A DNA stretch of 64,000 nt from Candidatus Saccharimonadales bacterium (lineage in GTDB: Bacteria > Patescibacteriota > Saccharimonadia > Saccharimonadales > JACDBH01). The DNA lies in assembly GCA_041752595.1 (NCBI GenBank), contig JBGSWE010000007.1, forward strand, positions 76,692 through 140,691, in the 5' to 3' direction. Made by a program: the position numbers and the translations under genes. Shown here piece after piece: positions 38,222-47,143 of the stretch (the first letter of the stretch is position 1; every line of letters begins with the position of its first letter). The notes beneath the pieces are model-generated. The model did no database searches. It was not told the DNA's origin and was given only the letters and a program-made list of their open reading frames with translations.

Positions 38222-38425
38222 CTACCTCGAAACTGTTACATCACAAGAAGGACAAGTAATTGTTGTTGGTGTAAGTACAGCGTCAACCAACTTTTTACAA
38301 AAAGGACATGTCACACAAGGCATCAAATTTGGGTTAGTATTACTAATTCGATCGTGGTCAATTTCGCAAAGTCCGTCGCAGTTTGCGGCTTGATGTTCGT
38401 ATAGTTCAGGGGTTAGTTTAGTCAT
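38222..38425 (-). CDS. Small Cys-rich (zinc-ribbon) protein
   Basis: MTKLT... with CDGLC, CVTCPFC and CPSC; the start overlaps the stop of the upstream gene. Confidence 0.65.
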   Translation of the reverse strand: MTKLTPELYEHQAANCDGLCEIDHDRISNTNPNLMPCVTCPFCKKLVDAVLTPTTITCPSCDVTVSR

Positions 38426-39650
38426 TGGCTTGCCTTTTAATTTTTGTCTCTTTTTTATTACTAAATACCACAGTGATGCTTTCTTTCTGTATTTTACTAA
38501 CGCCCCTATAAAGTTTTGCAGGGTCTCTACCTTTATCAAACCAATTTTGGCAATTGCGACAAACACTACACTGAGCCACCTTTGTCTTTCCGGGTCGAGT
38601 TGGGCAATTATCAACACGGCAAATGCCTTCTTTCCAGATTAACTTATCTTTGCCGTCTCCAGATTTGTCCGCTTGGTTGCCATAACCTAAATCACTCATC
38701 TGAGATTCGGCGCCAACACTAAACTGATCGCCCACACTTTTGCCGCAACCACTAAACACTTCACCTCTCGCCTGTGCAAAGTTTCCTGCTCGATACATTT
38801 CATCAATAGCCATAGAATATGCCACCAATCCAGCATCAACTTTCTCAATTCTGGCTTCTACTTTGCCCACATAACGATCTTTCATTGCTGCTGCTAATGC
38901 GTAATCACGAAAACCGCCTGTAAATCCTGTAGTGGTTGCGAAATATGCAGATAATAAATCTTTTTGGTTACAAACAAATTCATAAGTATCATTTGTGTTC
39001 TCGTTTAATCTACCGGCATACCATTCACCGCTAAATTGAGCCTTCATGGAACGATCGTAAACATACCTTAACTGACTAATCATAAATTCCTTAGACATAT
39101 CATCTAATTCTACAAACTTACGTTGTCCTAACAGTTCGCCAGGTGCGACAGGTTCACCCAGATATTCGTACATCGCCTCAAGTGCGCGGCGGTTGCTGCC
39201 ATCTAGCGATTGGCTATACATTTTGAGCTTGCCACTTTCAGTCTTAGAAATAACTCGTAGCATTGTTTGTTTACGACTTACATTGTATCCACCCACGTCT
39301 TCTGTAGCATTCATAAGTTCTGGCGGAAAATCAGATACAACTACCATAGTGTTTGGTTTGTCTCCGGTCATCATTGCCAGCATATCTAAATACTCTTGTT
39401 TTTCTAGCTTTCGACGGCGCAACTCATAACTAGGCAGATCCTTTGCTTGTTCAATTGAATCATCAAATATCTTGCCCATAGCACTACCATCAGAGGCATA
39501 TAATTCACCTTCATGATACGTATATTCGAACGGCGTTCGCATGCTACCTGGCATGACCTCAGCTAGCCAGGTAACAGTATCGTAATATCGGCGTGTTTCG
39601 TGATCATAGCTTTTATTTTCAATATTTTGTTGTTCGACTAAATAATTCAT
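38418..39650 (-). CDS. Hypothetical protein with C-terminal Cys cluster, downstream of the riboswitch
   Basis: About 410-aa ORF with SGCG and CRVDNC...CSVCRNCQ near the C-terminus. Confidence 0.7.
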   Translation of the reverse strand: MNYLVEQQNIENKSYDHETRRYYDTVTWLAEVMPGSMRTPFEYTYHEGELYASDGSAMGKIFDDSIEQAKDLPSYELRRRKLEKQEYLDMLAMMTGDKPNTMVVVSDFPPELMNATEDVGGYNVSRKQTMLRVISKTESGKLKMYSQSLDGSNRRALEAMYEYLGEPVAPGELLGQRKFVELDDMSKEFMISQLRYVYDRSMKAQFSGEWYAGRLNENTNDTYEFVCNQKDLLSAYFATTTGFTGGFRDYALAAAMKDRYVGKVEARIEKVDAGLVAYSMAIDEMYRAGNFAQARGEVFSGCGKSVGDQFSVGAESQMSDLGYGNQADKSGDGKDKLIWKEGICRVDNCPTRPGKTKVAQCSVCRNCQNWFDKGRDPAKLYRGVSKIQKESITVVFSNKKETKIKRQAND

Positions 39651-39651
39651 C

Positions 39652-39680
39652 AAAAAACCCTTGCTACGCGAGCAAGGGTT
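39652..39680 (-). terminator. Riboswitch expression-platform terminator
   Basis: Minus strand AACCCTTGCT-CGCGT-AGCAAGGGTT followed by a T-run, immediately before the ATG. Confidence 0.85.
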
Positions 39681-39717
39681 AATCTATACCAACCTTACGA
39701 GTCGTCAGTATATTATG

Positions 39718-39805
39718 CTCCTGCTCGGGAGACTTTATTGCTAGATCGGACTTTAACCGTTGCGGCACAGCGAGGGAATTTCACCCTACTTCCAGCGTTT
39801 TTGTA
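39718..39805 (-). ncRNA. Cobalamin riboswitch, class II (T-loop/T-loop) type
   Basis: Minus strand GCTGGAAGT-AGGG-TGAAATT-CCCT-CGCTGTGCCGCAA-CGG-TTAAAGT-CCG-ATCTAGC, then P13 CTCC-CGAGCA-GGAG, whose loop can pair with UGCCG. Confidence 0.75.
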
Positions 39806-39937
39806 ATTTGTATAAGGAACTTATAATACAGTGTAACCCAATTAGACTACGCTAGATATAGTATTTTTTGCTTCATTTATACCACTAAAAACTTAGTAAT
39901 CTAGGTCTGAATAAGATAGAACTTAGTTTAAAATATA

Positions 39938-39966
39938 TTGACATAATAGCAATAATATGCTAATAT
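39938..39966 (+). promoter_or_regulatory. Strong sigma70-type promoter
   Basis: TTGACA (39938-39943), 17-nt spacer ending TGC, TAATAT (39961-39966). Confidence 0.75.
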
Positions 39967-40102
39967 GTGTACTGTGACATGGTATATCTATGGCACGTTA
40001 TTTAAAAAGCTTTCTTTCACTATCTTCTTTCGGATATTTTAGTGTTTACCTTATTAGTTAGTGGTTGGAAATAAGCTCGTTTATATATAAGCTGGTTTAT
40101 TC

Positions 40103-40395
40103 CCAACCACCAACAAGGAAACCATCATGTCCGACAATCTAGCTGAAGACTTTCAAGATAGGCCTCGGCCAATCTGGATGGAATACCTAGACGAAGCACC
40201 TCGTGTTACGACTACTTCGGATTCAGACATCACAGAATTGGACAGATTTCGCATCGATCGAGAGATTGAAATTGAAGCGTGCTACAGCCTCCTGTGCAAG
40301 TTTCCGTTCTGTTATGAGCTACGTACGGAGTGCACCAAGCATTTCGTTAAGAAATCTTGAACTACCATTCGCACCAACCACCAGACAAGGAAACC
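40103..40395 (+). repeat. Duplicated translation-initiation element
   Basis: ccaaccacca-ac-aaggaaacc (from about 40103) and ccaaccacca-gac-aaggaaacc (from about 40374) each precede an ATG. Confidence 0.7.
40127..40360 (+). CDS. Small hypothetical protein with Cys-rich C-terminus
   Basis: SD AAGGAA; C-x4-C-x4-C-x6-C-x2-H near the C-terminus. Confidence 0.6.
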   Translation: MSDNLAEDFQDRPRPIWMEYLDEAPRVTTTSDSDITELDRFRIDREIEIEACYSLLCKFPFCYELRTECTKHFVKKS

Positions 40396-40396
40396 T

Positions 40397-40609
40397 ATGA
40401 CCACCACGTTCAACGAAATCCCGTTCCTCGGCACCCACCGCCCCGAAGCCCGTCGCCCGCGACCCCCGCTTCCGGCAATCCCGCCACAAGATGACCCCAT
40501 GCCCGAACACGACGTCGATGACACCAAGTTCGGTGACATCTGCTTCCTGGGCGACGGTCTCTCGGTCTTCCGGTCTCCCTGTGGAGCCGTGCACGTACAA
40601 ATGATGTAG
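40397..40609 (+). CDS. Small Pro-rich hypothetical protein, high GC
   Basis: SD AAGGAA; codons strongly C/G-ending; RRPRPPLP motif. Confidence 0.6.
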   Translation: MTTTFNEIPFLGTHRPEARRPRPPLPAIPPQDDPMPEHDVDDTKFGDICFLGDGLSVFRSPCGAVHVQMM

Positions 40610-40694
40610 TGAAAGAAGGCTTCACAAGAGGGGGAAAAGTATAAAATTAACTGAGCAATTGCTCTTTTAACCTAGTACTATCACCTCCTCTTGT

Positions 40695-40742
40695 AAGCCC
40701 CAGAGCAGACAAATTATTGTCTTCTGTGGGGCTTTTATTTTG
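40695..40742 (+). terminator. Terminator of the two-sORF unit
   Basis: aagcccc-aga...agacaa/ttgtct...tct-ggggctt stem followed by a T-rich run. Confidence 0.65.
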
Positions 40743-41394
40743 CTTTAAAACTTTGTAATATTTGGCGCAAAATACTGTTATCGGGACGAATATTAGCGTC
40801 AGTATAGTAAAAGAAGAATTTATTACGTCCAACTTGAGCCGCAATGCCGTCGATTGCTGTTGCTGTACCGATTGTTTGATTAGCAGATATGGGGTCGCAC
40901 ATAAAACTGACGTTTTCCCACTTTGCTAAGAACGGTGCGTTACTTTGCGGCGAGGTACTACCCGAGAAGTTTATACATTCATCAGAAATGTTACCAAGAA
41001 TTAGTTTTTTGTCGTCTACTGTTATTGGTTGTAGCCTTACTAGCTTGTACTCTCTTGGCATAGTGTTTATATGAAGAGTTAGCCTGCGGTCATCCCCACC
41101 TTTTTTAGTTGATATCCAAGAGTAATAATTGGCATAATCTTCTGTTTTACGTTCTTGTAGCTTCCAATCACTTGGTAAGTCTAGGGAAAACAGAGTTTCA
41201 TCTATTTTTTGTACTTCCTCGTCGCTTCCTACCTCTGACAAAATAGGAACAGTTGTTTTGGGGTCTGTTGAACTGGCGATATCCTGGCGTATTATTAGCC
41301 ACGACAATAGCACTATTACTCCGGCAAGAACAATAGTGCCAAAAAATATTGCTATGTTGAGGGGACGTCTAGTGCGTCTTCCGTGTTGATACAT
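40735..41394 (-). CDS. Hypothetical membrane-anchored extracellular protein
   Basis: N-terminal TM; FSLDLPSDW and ILQSFKAK are PsbP-like in style (inference). Confidence 0.6.
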   Translation of the reverse strand: MYQHGRRTRRPLNIAIFFGTIVLAGVIVLLSWLIIRQDIASSTDPKTTVPILSEVGSDEEVQKIDETLFSLDLPSDWKLQERKTEDYANYYSWISTKKGGDDRRLTLHINTMPREYKLVRLQPITVDDKKLILGNISDECINFSGSTSPQSNAPFLAKWENVSFMCDPISANQTIGTATAIDGIAAQVGRNKFFFYYTDANIRPDNSILRQILQSFKAK

Positions 41395-41407
41395 GCTTAT
41401 GTCTATT

Positions 41408-42214
41408 TTAGCCTAAAACACCAAAAGCCACCAAGACTAGAAGCAAAAATCCAAAAAATATTCGATAATAGGCAAATATCTTAAAATCATGGCGCGATAC
41501 ATATGATAGCAACCATTTAATTACTATTAACGCGGTTATAAACGATACAAAAACCCCGACAATCAACGCCGGTGCACCACCCTCAACTGTTGTTAAGTCG
41601 CCAGTAATAAGCTTGTAAGTGCCGGCCATTAGTAATATTGGTATTCCTAAATAAAATGAAAAAGCTGTGGCAGTAACACGGTCTAATCCAGATAATAATC
41701 CACCCATAATTGTTGCCCCAGACCTTGATACGCCTGGAATCAAAGCAATAACTTGGTAACATCCTATAAGAAGTGCTTGTTTGATTGTGATTTTGTCCAA
41801 ATTTGCTTCTTTAGAGGGCTTTGCTCGGTGGTAAGTCTCGATAAACCAAATAACAATACCACCAACTATTGATGCTATCGCAACTGTGGTGGTGATAGCA
41901 TATGCCTCAAGTTTTGCGTCAAAAAATAGTCCGGCAATACCGGCTGGAATAGTAGCAAGTATCCAGACAACCCAAAATGCCCTAGCCAGTTTATCCCCAT
42001 TAAATAGTCCCTTAACAAGATTGATTAAATTTAGCCTATAAAACCAAATAACGGCCGAAATTGCGCCCATCTGTATGACAACCGTAAAGATCTTGCTGGT
42101 GTCATAATAACCAATCGCATCTTGGGCAACAATCAAGTGACCAGTGCTCGAAATAGGTAAGAACTCTGTCAAACCCTCTACTATGCCCAAGATAATTGCT
42201 TGAAAAATTTCCAT
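41408..42214 (-). CDS. uppP: Undecaprenyl-diphosphate phosphatase
   Basis: GIVEGLTEFLPISSTGH and PGVSRSGAT. Confidence 0.96.
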   Translation of the reverse strand: MEIFQAIILGIVEGLTEFLPISSTGHLIVAQDAIGYYDTSKIFTVVIQMGAISAVIWFYRLNLINLVKGLFNGDKLARAFWVVWILATIPAGIAGLFFDAKLEAYAITTTVAIASIVGGIVIWFIETYHRAKPSKEANLDKITIKQALLIGCYQVIALIPGVSRSGATIMGGLLSGLDRVTATAFSFYLGIPILLMAGTYKLITGDLTTVEGGAPALIVGVFVSFITALIVIKWLLSYVSRHDFKIFAYYRIFFGFLLLVLVAFGVLG

Positions 42215-42248
42215 ATTCTAAAGTCTATTATAGGCTACAATAGAAGTA

Positions 42249-42650
42249 ATGAGTTATTTTTTAGTAAAAGCCGATCCAGATTCTGATTATGGAATCGAGG
42301 ACCTAAAAAAAGACGGCGAAACTAGTTGGGACGGGGTACATAATAACGCTGCAATTTTGCACATCCGGGCTATGAAACCTGGAGACATTGTCTATGTTTA
42401 TCATTCTCAAAAGCAAAAGTCTATTGTAGGCATGGCAGAAGTAACTAGTGAACCATACGAAAATACCGACGACCCTAGGCGCTCCTGGGCTGTAAAACTA
42501 AAATATTTGAGCACACTAGCAAAACCAATCACTCTAGCAGAACTAAAGACTCAGCCAGATTTAAGTGATTTTGCACTAATTAGAATAGGCAGACTAAGTG
42601 TTATGCCAGTATCAGAAAAGCACAATAACATCATAGAAAGCTTAAAATAA
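42249..42650 (+). CDS. EVE domain protein
   Basis: YFLVKADP, WDGVHN, MKPGD...YHS and GRLSVMPV. Confidence 0.88.
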   Translation: MSYFLVKADPDSDYGIEDLKKDGETSWDGVHNNAAILHIRAMKPGDIVYVYHSQKQKSIVGMAEVTSEPYENTDDPRRSWAVKLKYLSTLAKPITLAELKTQPDLSDFALIRIGRLSVMPVSEKHNNIIESLK

Positions 42651-42651
42651 A

Positions 42652-43083
42652 GTGATTGGTACTCGTACAAATAAACACATAAAAAATTACAGAAAACAGA
42701 TCAAAGAGCTTAAGCCTGGAATTTGCCAGTTTTGTGAGATTAAAGAAGGTGATTCAAGTTATATTAAAGGAACGAAATCATTCAAAATCATTACTAATAT
42801 TTTTCCATATAGCACCTGGGATTTACAAAACGTTAGCGACCACTTAATGATAGTGCCTATAAAACATACAGATACGTTAAATGACTTTACTGCAAATGAA
42901 GCGATAGAGTACGTTGATTTACTTGGATCATATGAAAGCCGTGGCTATAATGTGTACTCTCGAGCTCCTGGTGCAGGTATGAAATCTGTAGTCCATCAGC
43001 ACACACATTTAATTAAGACTACTGGTCAAATAAAACGAATAATACTTTATACTCGCAGGTCACTACTTCGGATTATTGTATAA
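42652..43083 (+). CDS. HIT-family hydrolase
   Basis: CQFC, NIFPY, HLMIVPIKH and the histidine triad HQHTH. Confidence 0.82.
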   Translation: MIGTRTNKHIKNYRKQIKELKPGICQFCEIKEGDSSYIKGTKSFKIITNIFPYSTWDLQNVSDHLMIVPIKHTDTLNDFTANEAIEYVDLLGSYESRGYNVYSRAPGAGMKSVVHQHTHLIKTTGQIKRIILYTRRSLLRIIV

Positions 43084-43262
43084 TATGATCATTTTGCGCA
43101 AACAATAACTAGGATGTTGGCTTCTGGGGTTAACTCACTTTTTGGTATATTGTCAAGTGTTCCTACTTATGATTCTGAGCTAGTACTAGCTTGTTGTTTA
43201 TGTATTTAAATATAATCAGCCAACCCTCTATTAGAAAGCGATGATCGTTAGCCGTAAATAAT

Positions 43263-46124
43263 TTAACTATACAGACGTCTTGAGTAAAAGCCACGGAGTG
43301 CGATAACTGCTAGGCTTAGCGGTACAACCAACAGTCCCCATGCAGGACTAACTAACCACCAAACAAGTGCGACTACAGCGAATGTTGCCACAAACCATAT
43401 AAAGAACTGTGTCTTAGATATAGTGAGTCTCAAATATTCAGCGCCTAGGTAGTAGTATGGGAACACGGTTACAACTAGTAGTGTGCTAGAAAGCAGACCA
43501 AATATCAGCACTACAGACAAGCCTTCCCAGAATGGGCTAGTAAGTGCTAATGGGATTAAGGCAACTACAGCAGTCATTGATGTTGCAAACAATGGGCGGA
43601 ATCTCTCCCTTAGGGCCTCGATTGCAGCGTCAACCGCACCCATGCCATCGCGGCGGGCTTGGTTTGCGTAATCCGTCACTAGAATAGTGTTTTTGACACT
43701 AAGTCCAAGAAGAGCAAAGAAACCAAGCAGAGCAAAGAAGCTAAATGCATTATTACTAATATTAAGTCCTAATGCTATACCAAATAGACTGAATGGTATC
43801 GCCATAAATATGAGAAGCGGCTGTAGCAAACTCTTAAACTGAACTGCTAAGAGTACAAACATAACAACTAACAATATCGGGAAAGCAATTAATAGTGTCT
43901 TAAAAGATTCTTGGTTTTCGGCTTCTTGGCCAAGCTCAAAAATTATTGCATCCTCTTTAAGGCCGAAGCTTGCCAGCTTTTCGTTTGTAAACTCGTCGTT
44001 AATAGCTGCTTGTCCAATAGTAACAAGTGTGGACGTATCATCACTATCAAAGCCAGCTGATACTGTAACAATTGGTTTACCGTCGGTGCGAATAAACTGA
44101 TCTGGACTAGAGACTGCGACACTAACAAATTTTGCCGTCGTACCATTTGGCCTTTCTAAACTTGTTGTTTCCATGAACGTTTTCACATCCTCTGCCACAA
44201 TCAGGGCTGCATCACGGTTTTCTGCCTTTATTTGAACTACGAAGTTAGCAGATGGCGGACCGACTCCGGTTTGACCTACGGAAACCTGTGCACCCTTAAA
44301 CTCTGTATTAAATTTTTCCTGTAAATTATTAACTAGTTCCGGCGCCTTAATGTCTCGCTTGGTATAGCTAATTATTTCTATTTGTTGAGAAGCGCTTTGG
44401 GCTGAGCCGCTATTAAAATATGATCCTTGGACAAAATCTTCGCCGATTATATCGGCTGCAAATTTATCGGCTTCGGCAGCGACTTCTTCGGCTTGTTCAA
44501 TTGAAAGTCCTGGAGGAAAATTAATACTTAATACTAATCCGTTTACATCTTTGTCGGCTGGAAAAATATTAAAAGGCACGCTGCGTGCAATTAATGCACC
44601 GGCCAGTATAAAGCCAAGTCCAATAAATACAGCTATAGATCCTACTGCAAAAAGTTTGCGCCTAGAGTGTCTAGCCCAAACCATTGGCCAAGTTACAAAC
44701 TTAGCAATCGCAGCCTCAAAGCCGGCTGCAACTTCTGTAACTCCCTTTTTGCCCATTTGCTTGTCGCCAAGTAATAAGTAGCGCGCAAAAAACGGAATAA
44801 ATACTAAAGCTACTATAAGACTAATACTTAGTGAGGCTATAATCGTAACTGGAATAGCACGGATGAACTCACCCAATATTCCACCGACAAAAAGTAGTGG
44901 TGCAAAACTAAGTGCCGCTGTTGCTGTTGCCGCAACCATAGCCCTGCTTACCTTACGGGTTGCCTCTTGTACTGCTTTACGCTTGTCTTTATGCTTATGC
45001 CTTGCTGCATCAATCGCCTCAACCATAATGATGGTATCGTCAACAATTAAAGCAAGAGCCAAAATTAGTGCAAAAAGTGTTATTACATTTAATGTATAGC
45101 CGATTGCGAACAATAGACCAAGAGTTGCTAGTACAACTGTAATCATTGATATGACAGTAATTATCGAGGCGCGAATAGCAATAACTATTGAGCCCACGAC
45201 AAGGACTGCAATTAAGCCCTCTAGAAGTGCTTTTTGTAGCTCTGAAATATTGTCTTTAATTCCGGGAGCATAACTTGCACTTACTTCGGCTTTATAGGAA
45301 GAGAATTGATCTTGTTTTTGTAGCTCTGAAAGTGCACTATTTACTTCTTTATCAAGTTTTATAACGTCAACGTTGTCAACCGCCGAAAATGCAACTATTA
45401 CTGAGCGGCTATAGTTTGTTGATCCTTCTTCACGTAAACCGAATCTATCAAAATTTCGCTGTACTGAAACTGTTTTACCATTTGATGGATCAACTGTTTC
45501 TGTAAATGGATCTAGAATATAAACATCTGCAACACCAGAAATATTTTTAGATTTTAGCCACTCTGCAGCTTCTTTGGCTTTAGTAGTTAATTCTTGTTTG
45601 CTTGCATTGTCTTGCTTATTAAAGAATGAAGCTGCAAGATCTAACTTTTCTACACCTCCACCAGTTGCACCAAAATATATAGTATTAAATTGAATTGCTG
45701 CATCTTTGGGCAAAACACCAGAGTCTTTAACGGAGTTTTCTAGCTGATTCGTAGCAGTTTTTGAATCAATGCCGTCCTCAAAAGTAACTTGTACAGAAAA
45801 AAAGTTTCCTTGGCTTTGAGATCCAACCGAGACAACCCCTTCTTGCTTAAGGGCGATATCGGATATTGGACCTGTAACATCTGCGTCAACTTTACTTGCG
45901 TCATTTACAAAATATGTTCCGCCAACAATTGCCAAGGGTACATTAACGGTTGGGAAGCCTTCGCGTCTTAATAGGGTGGTGTAGCTGAGTATTCCAAAGA
46001 CTGTAAGTATTATCCAAAATGCGGCAGTTAAGAATGGCTTGTCGAAGAAAAAAGTTGTTATCTTAGAAAGTAGCTTATCCTTAGGTACCTTTACTACTGC
46101 CTTTTTATTAGGTTTTTTGGCCAT
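43263..46124 (-). CDS. RND-family transporter permease (AcrB-like)
   Basis: REGFP, IVDDTI, QFKSLLQPL, VKNTI and RFRPLFATS. Confidence 0.9.
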   Translation of the reverse strand: MAKKPNKKAVVKVPKDKLLSKITTFFFDKPFLTAAFWIILTVFGILSYTTLLRREGFPTVNVPLAIVGGTYFVNDASKVDADVTGPISDIALKQEGVVSVGSQSQGNFFSVQVTFEDGIDSKTATNQLENSVKDSGVLPKDAAIQFNTIYFGATGGGVEKLDLAASFFNKQDNASKQELTTKAKEAAEWLKSKNISGVADVYILDPFTETVDPSNGKTVSVQRNFDRFGLREEGSTNYSRSVIVAFSAVDNVDVIKLDKEVNSALSELQKQDQFSSYKAEVSASYAPGIKDNISELQKALLEGLIAVLVVGSIVIAIRASIITVISMITVVLATLGLLFAIGYTLNVITLFALILALALIVDDTIIMVEAIDAARHKHKDKRKAVQEATRKVSRAMVAATATAALSFAPLLFVGGILGEFIRAIPVTIIASLSISLIVALVFIPFFARYLLLGDKQMGKKGVTEVAAGFEAAIAKFVTWPMVWARHSRRKLFAVGSIAVFIGLGFILAGALIARSVPFNIFPADKDVNGLVLSINFPPGLSIEQAEEVAAEADKFAADIIGEDFVQGSYFNSGSAQSASQQIEIISYTKRDIKAPELVNNLQEKFNTEFKGAQVSVGQTGVGPPSANFVVQIKAENRDAALIVAEDVKTFMETTSLERPNGTTAKFVSVAVSSPDQFIRTDGKPIVTVSAGFDSDDTSTLVTIGQAAINDEFTNEKLASFGLKEDAIIFELGQEAENQESFKTLLIAFPILLVVMFVLLAVQFKSLLQPLLIFMAIPFSLFGIALGLNISNNAFSFFALLGFFALLGLSVKNTILVTDYANQARRDGMGAVDAAIEALRERFRPLFATSMTAVVALIPLALTSPFWEGLSVVLIFGLLSSTLLVVTVFPYYYLGAEYLRLTISKTQFFIWFVATFAVVALVWWLVSPAWGLLVVPLSLAVIALRGFYSRRLYS

Positions 46125-46240
46125 GATGTCTCCCTTTATATATCAATAGTATCAGAATAAGCAGTTGTCAACTAGTGGTAACCTGTTGTGGCTTTTGTCT
46201 GTGATTATTTTTTTGGATGATAGAACAATTCCAGAAAACG

Positions 46241-46423
46241 TTATTGTTCTTCTTTTATTTCAGCCCCGAAACTATCTGGAACAGTTTCAAGATTAGTCTT
46301 AGTTTCTTTATTCATATTAGCAACTATGCCCCAGGCAATGAATACCCCAAGCACAAGGGCCACTGCAAACAGAGCTACAAAGAAAGAAAAACCCTGCTCA
46401 TTTGATTGTTTGATAGTTTTCAT
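46241..46423 (-). CDS. Small prepilin-like protein
   Basis: Class III signal-like NEQG|FS followed by a hydrophobic helix; the usual Glu5 is absent. Confidence 0.45.
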   Translation of the reverse strand: MKTIKQSNEQGFSFFVALFAVALVLGVFIAWGIVANMNKETKTNLETVPDSFGAEIKEEQ

Positions 46424-46484
46424 AATTCTAATGCTTTATATAAACAATATCACGACTTTTACAAAGCTCGTTATATTACTTTTA

Positions 46485-47051
46485 CTATTCTGTTTTGCTT
46501 TCGAGCCGGCCTGCCCGTAGTACCTTGGCCATCCATATTAATTCAGAGTAAGCTTTTGTAACAGCTTCTTTATAAAATTCTTCTTGGAGTTCGCCGTTTT
46601 CATTAAATACATTATGCACATTTGCAAAATATACATCTGTAAAACATGCAACAAGCCCCATTTCCCGAACGGCATTTACGAGTGATTCAACCGCACGTAC
46701 TCCACCCATCCGCCCTGAACTAGCACCAGCAAATGCAACCGGCTTATGGATATAATTTTCGAGCTCGCTATCGAGCATGCGTTTTAAAGTACCCGGGAAA
46801 CTATGGTTATATTCTGGTGTAACAATAAAAAAACCGTCAGCCCAAGCTGTAATTTCACCATATCTACTGTCCTTACCTTCAGGGTCGTTACCATCACCAG
46901 GAAAATAAAAATCACTAGGATCAGCGAAACGAATTTCGACATTATCTTGTTGCTTACCAATATCTGCTACAAATCTAGCGGCATGAATAGATTTGCGCTG
47001 TACACGTGTTGTCCCAGCTAAAACAACTATTTTTATTGATTCATTATTCAT
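46485..47051 (-). CDS. NAD(P)H-dependent FMN reductase
   Basis: GTTR, TPEYNHSFPGTLK..LD, KPVAF and GGVRA. Confidence 0.9.
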   Translation of the reverse strand: MNNESIKIVVLAGTTRVQRKSIHAARFVADIGKQQDNVEIRFADPSDFYFPGDGNDPEGKDSRYGEITAWADGFFIVTPEYNHSFPGTLKRMLDSELENYIHKPVAFAGASSGRMGGVRAVESLVNAVREMGLVACFTDVYFANVHNVFNENGELQEEFYKEAVTKAYSELIWMAKVLRAGRLESKTE

Positions 47052-47143
47052 AAGCTTTATGATACCAGTATTCCCCATTTTTCTTATATGAACTTTATTG
47101 AACCCTCTATTGATTTAATAATTAACAGGACTATTATGAAGTT

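Noticed and set aside
39740-39796. FMN riboswitch (GGUGAAAUUCC and ACGGUUAAAGUCCG resemble its 3' half)
   Set aside because: The other FMN stems and the GGAUG/AGAAG core are missing. The shared T-loops, the GGAA junction and a P13 kissing partner fit class-II cobalamin better.
40007-40622. MITE/IS terminal inverted repeats
   Set aside because: No transposase and no evident target-site duplication; the mismatches are strand-specific G-U pairs, which favours an RNA helix.
40203-40625. Alternative overlapping ORFs (40203+, 40312-, 40319-, 40410-)
   Set aside because: By-products of locally high GC; only 40127 and 40397 have the shared SD module.
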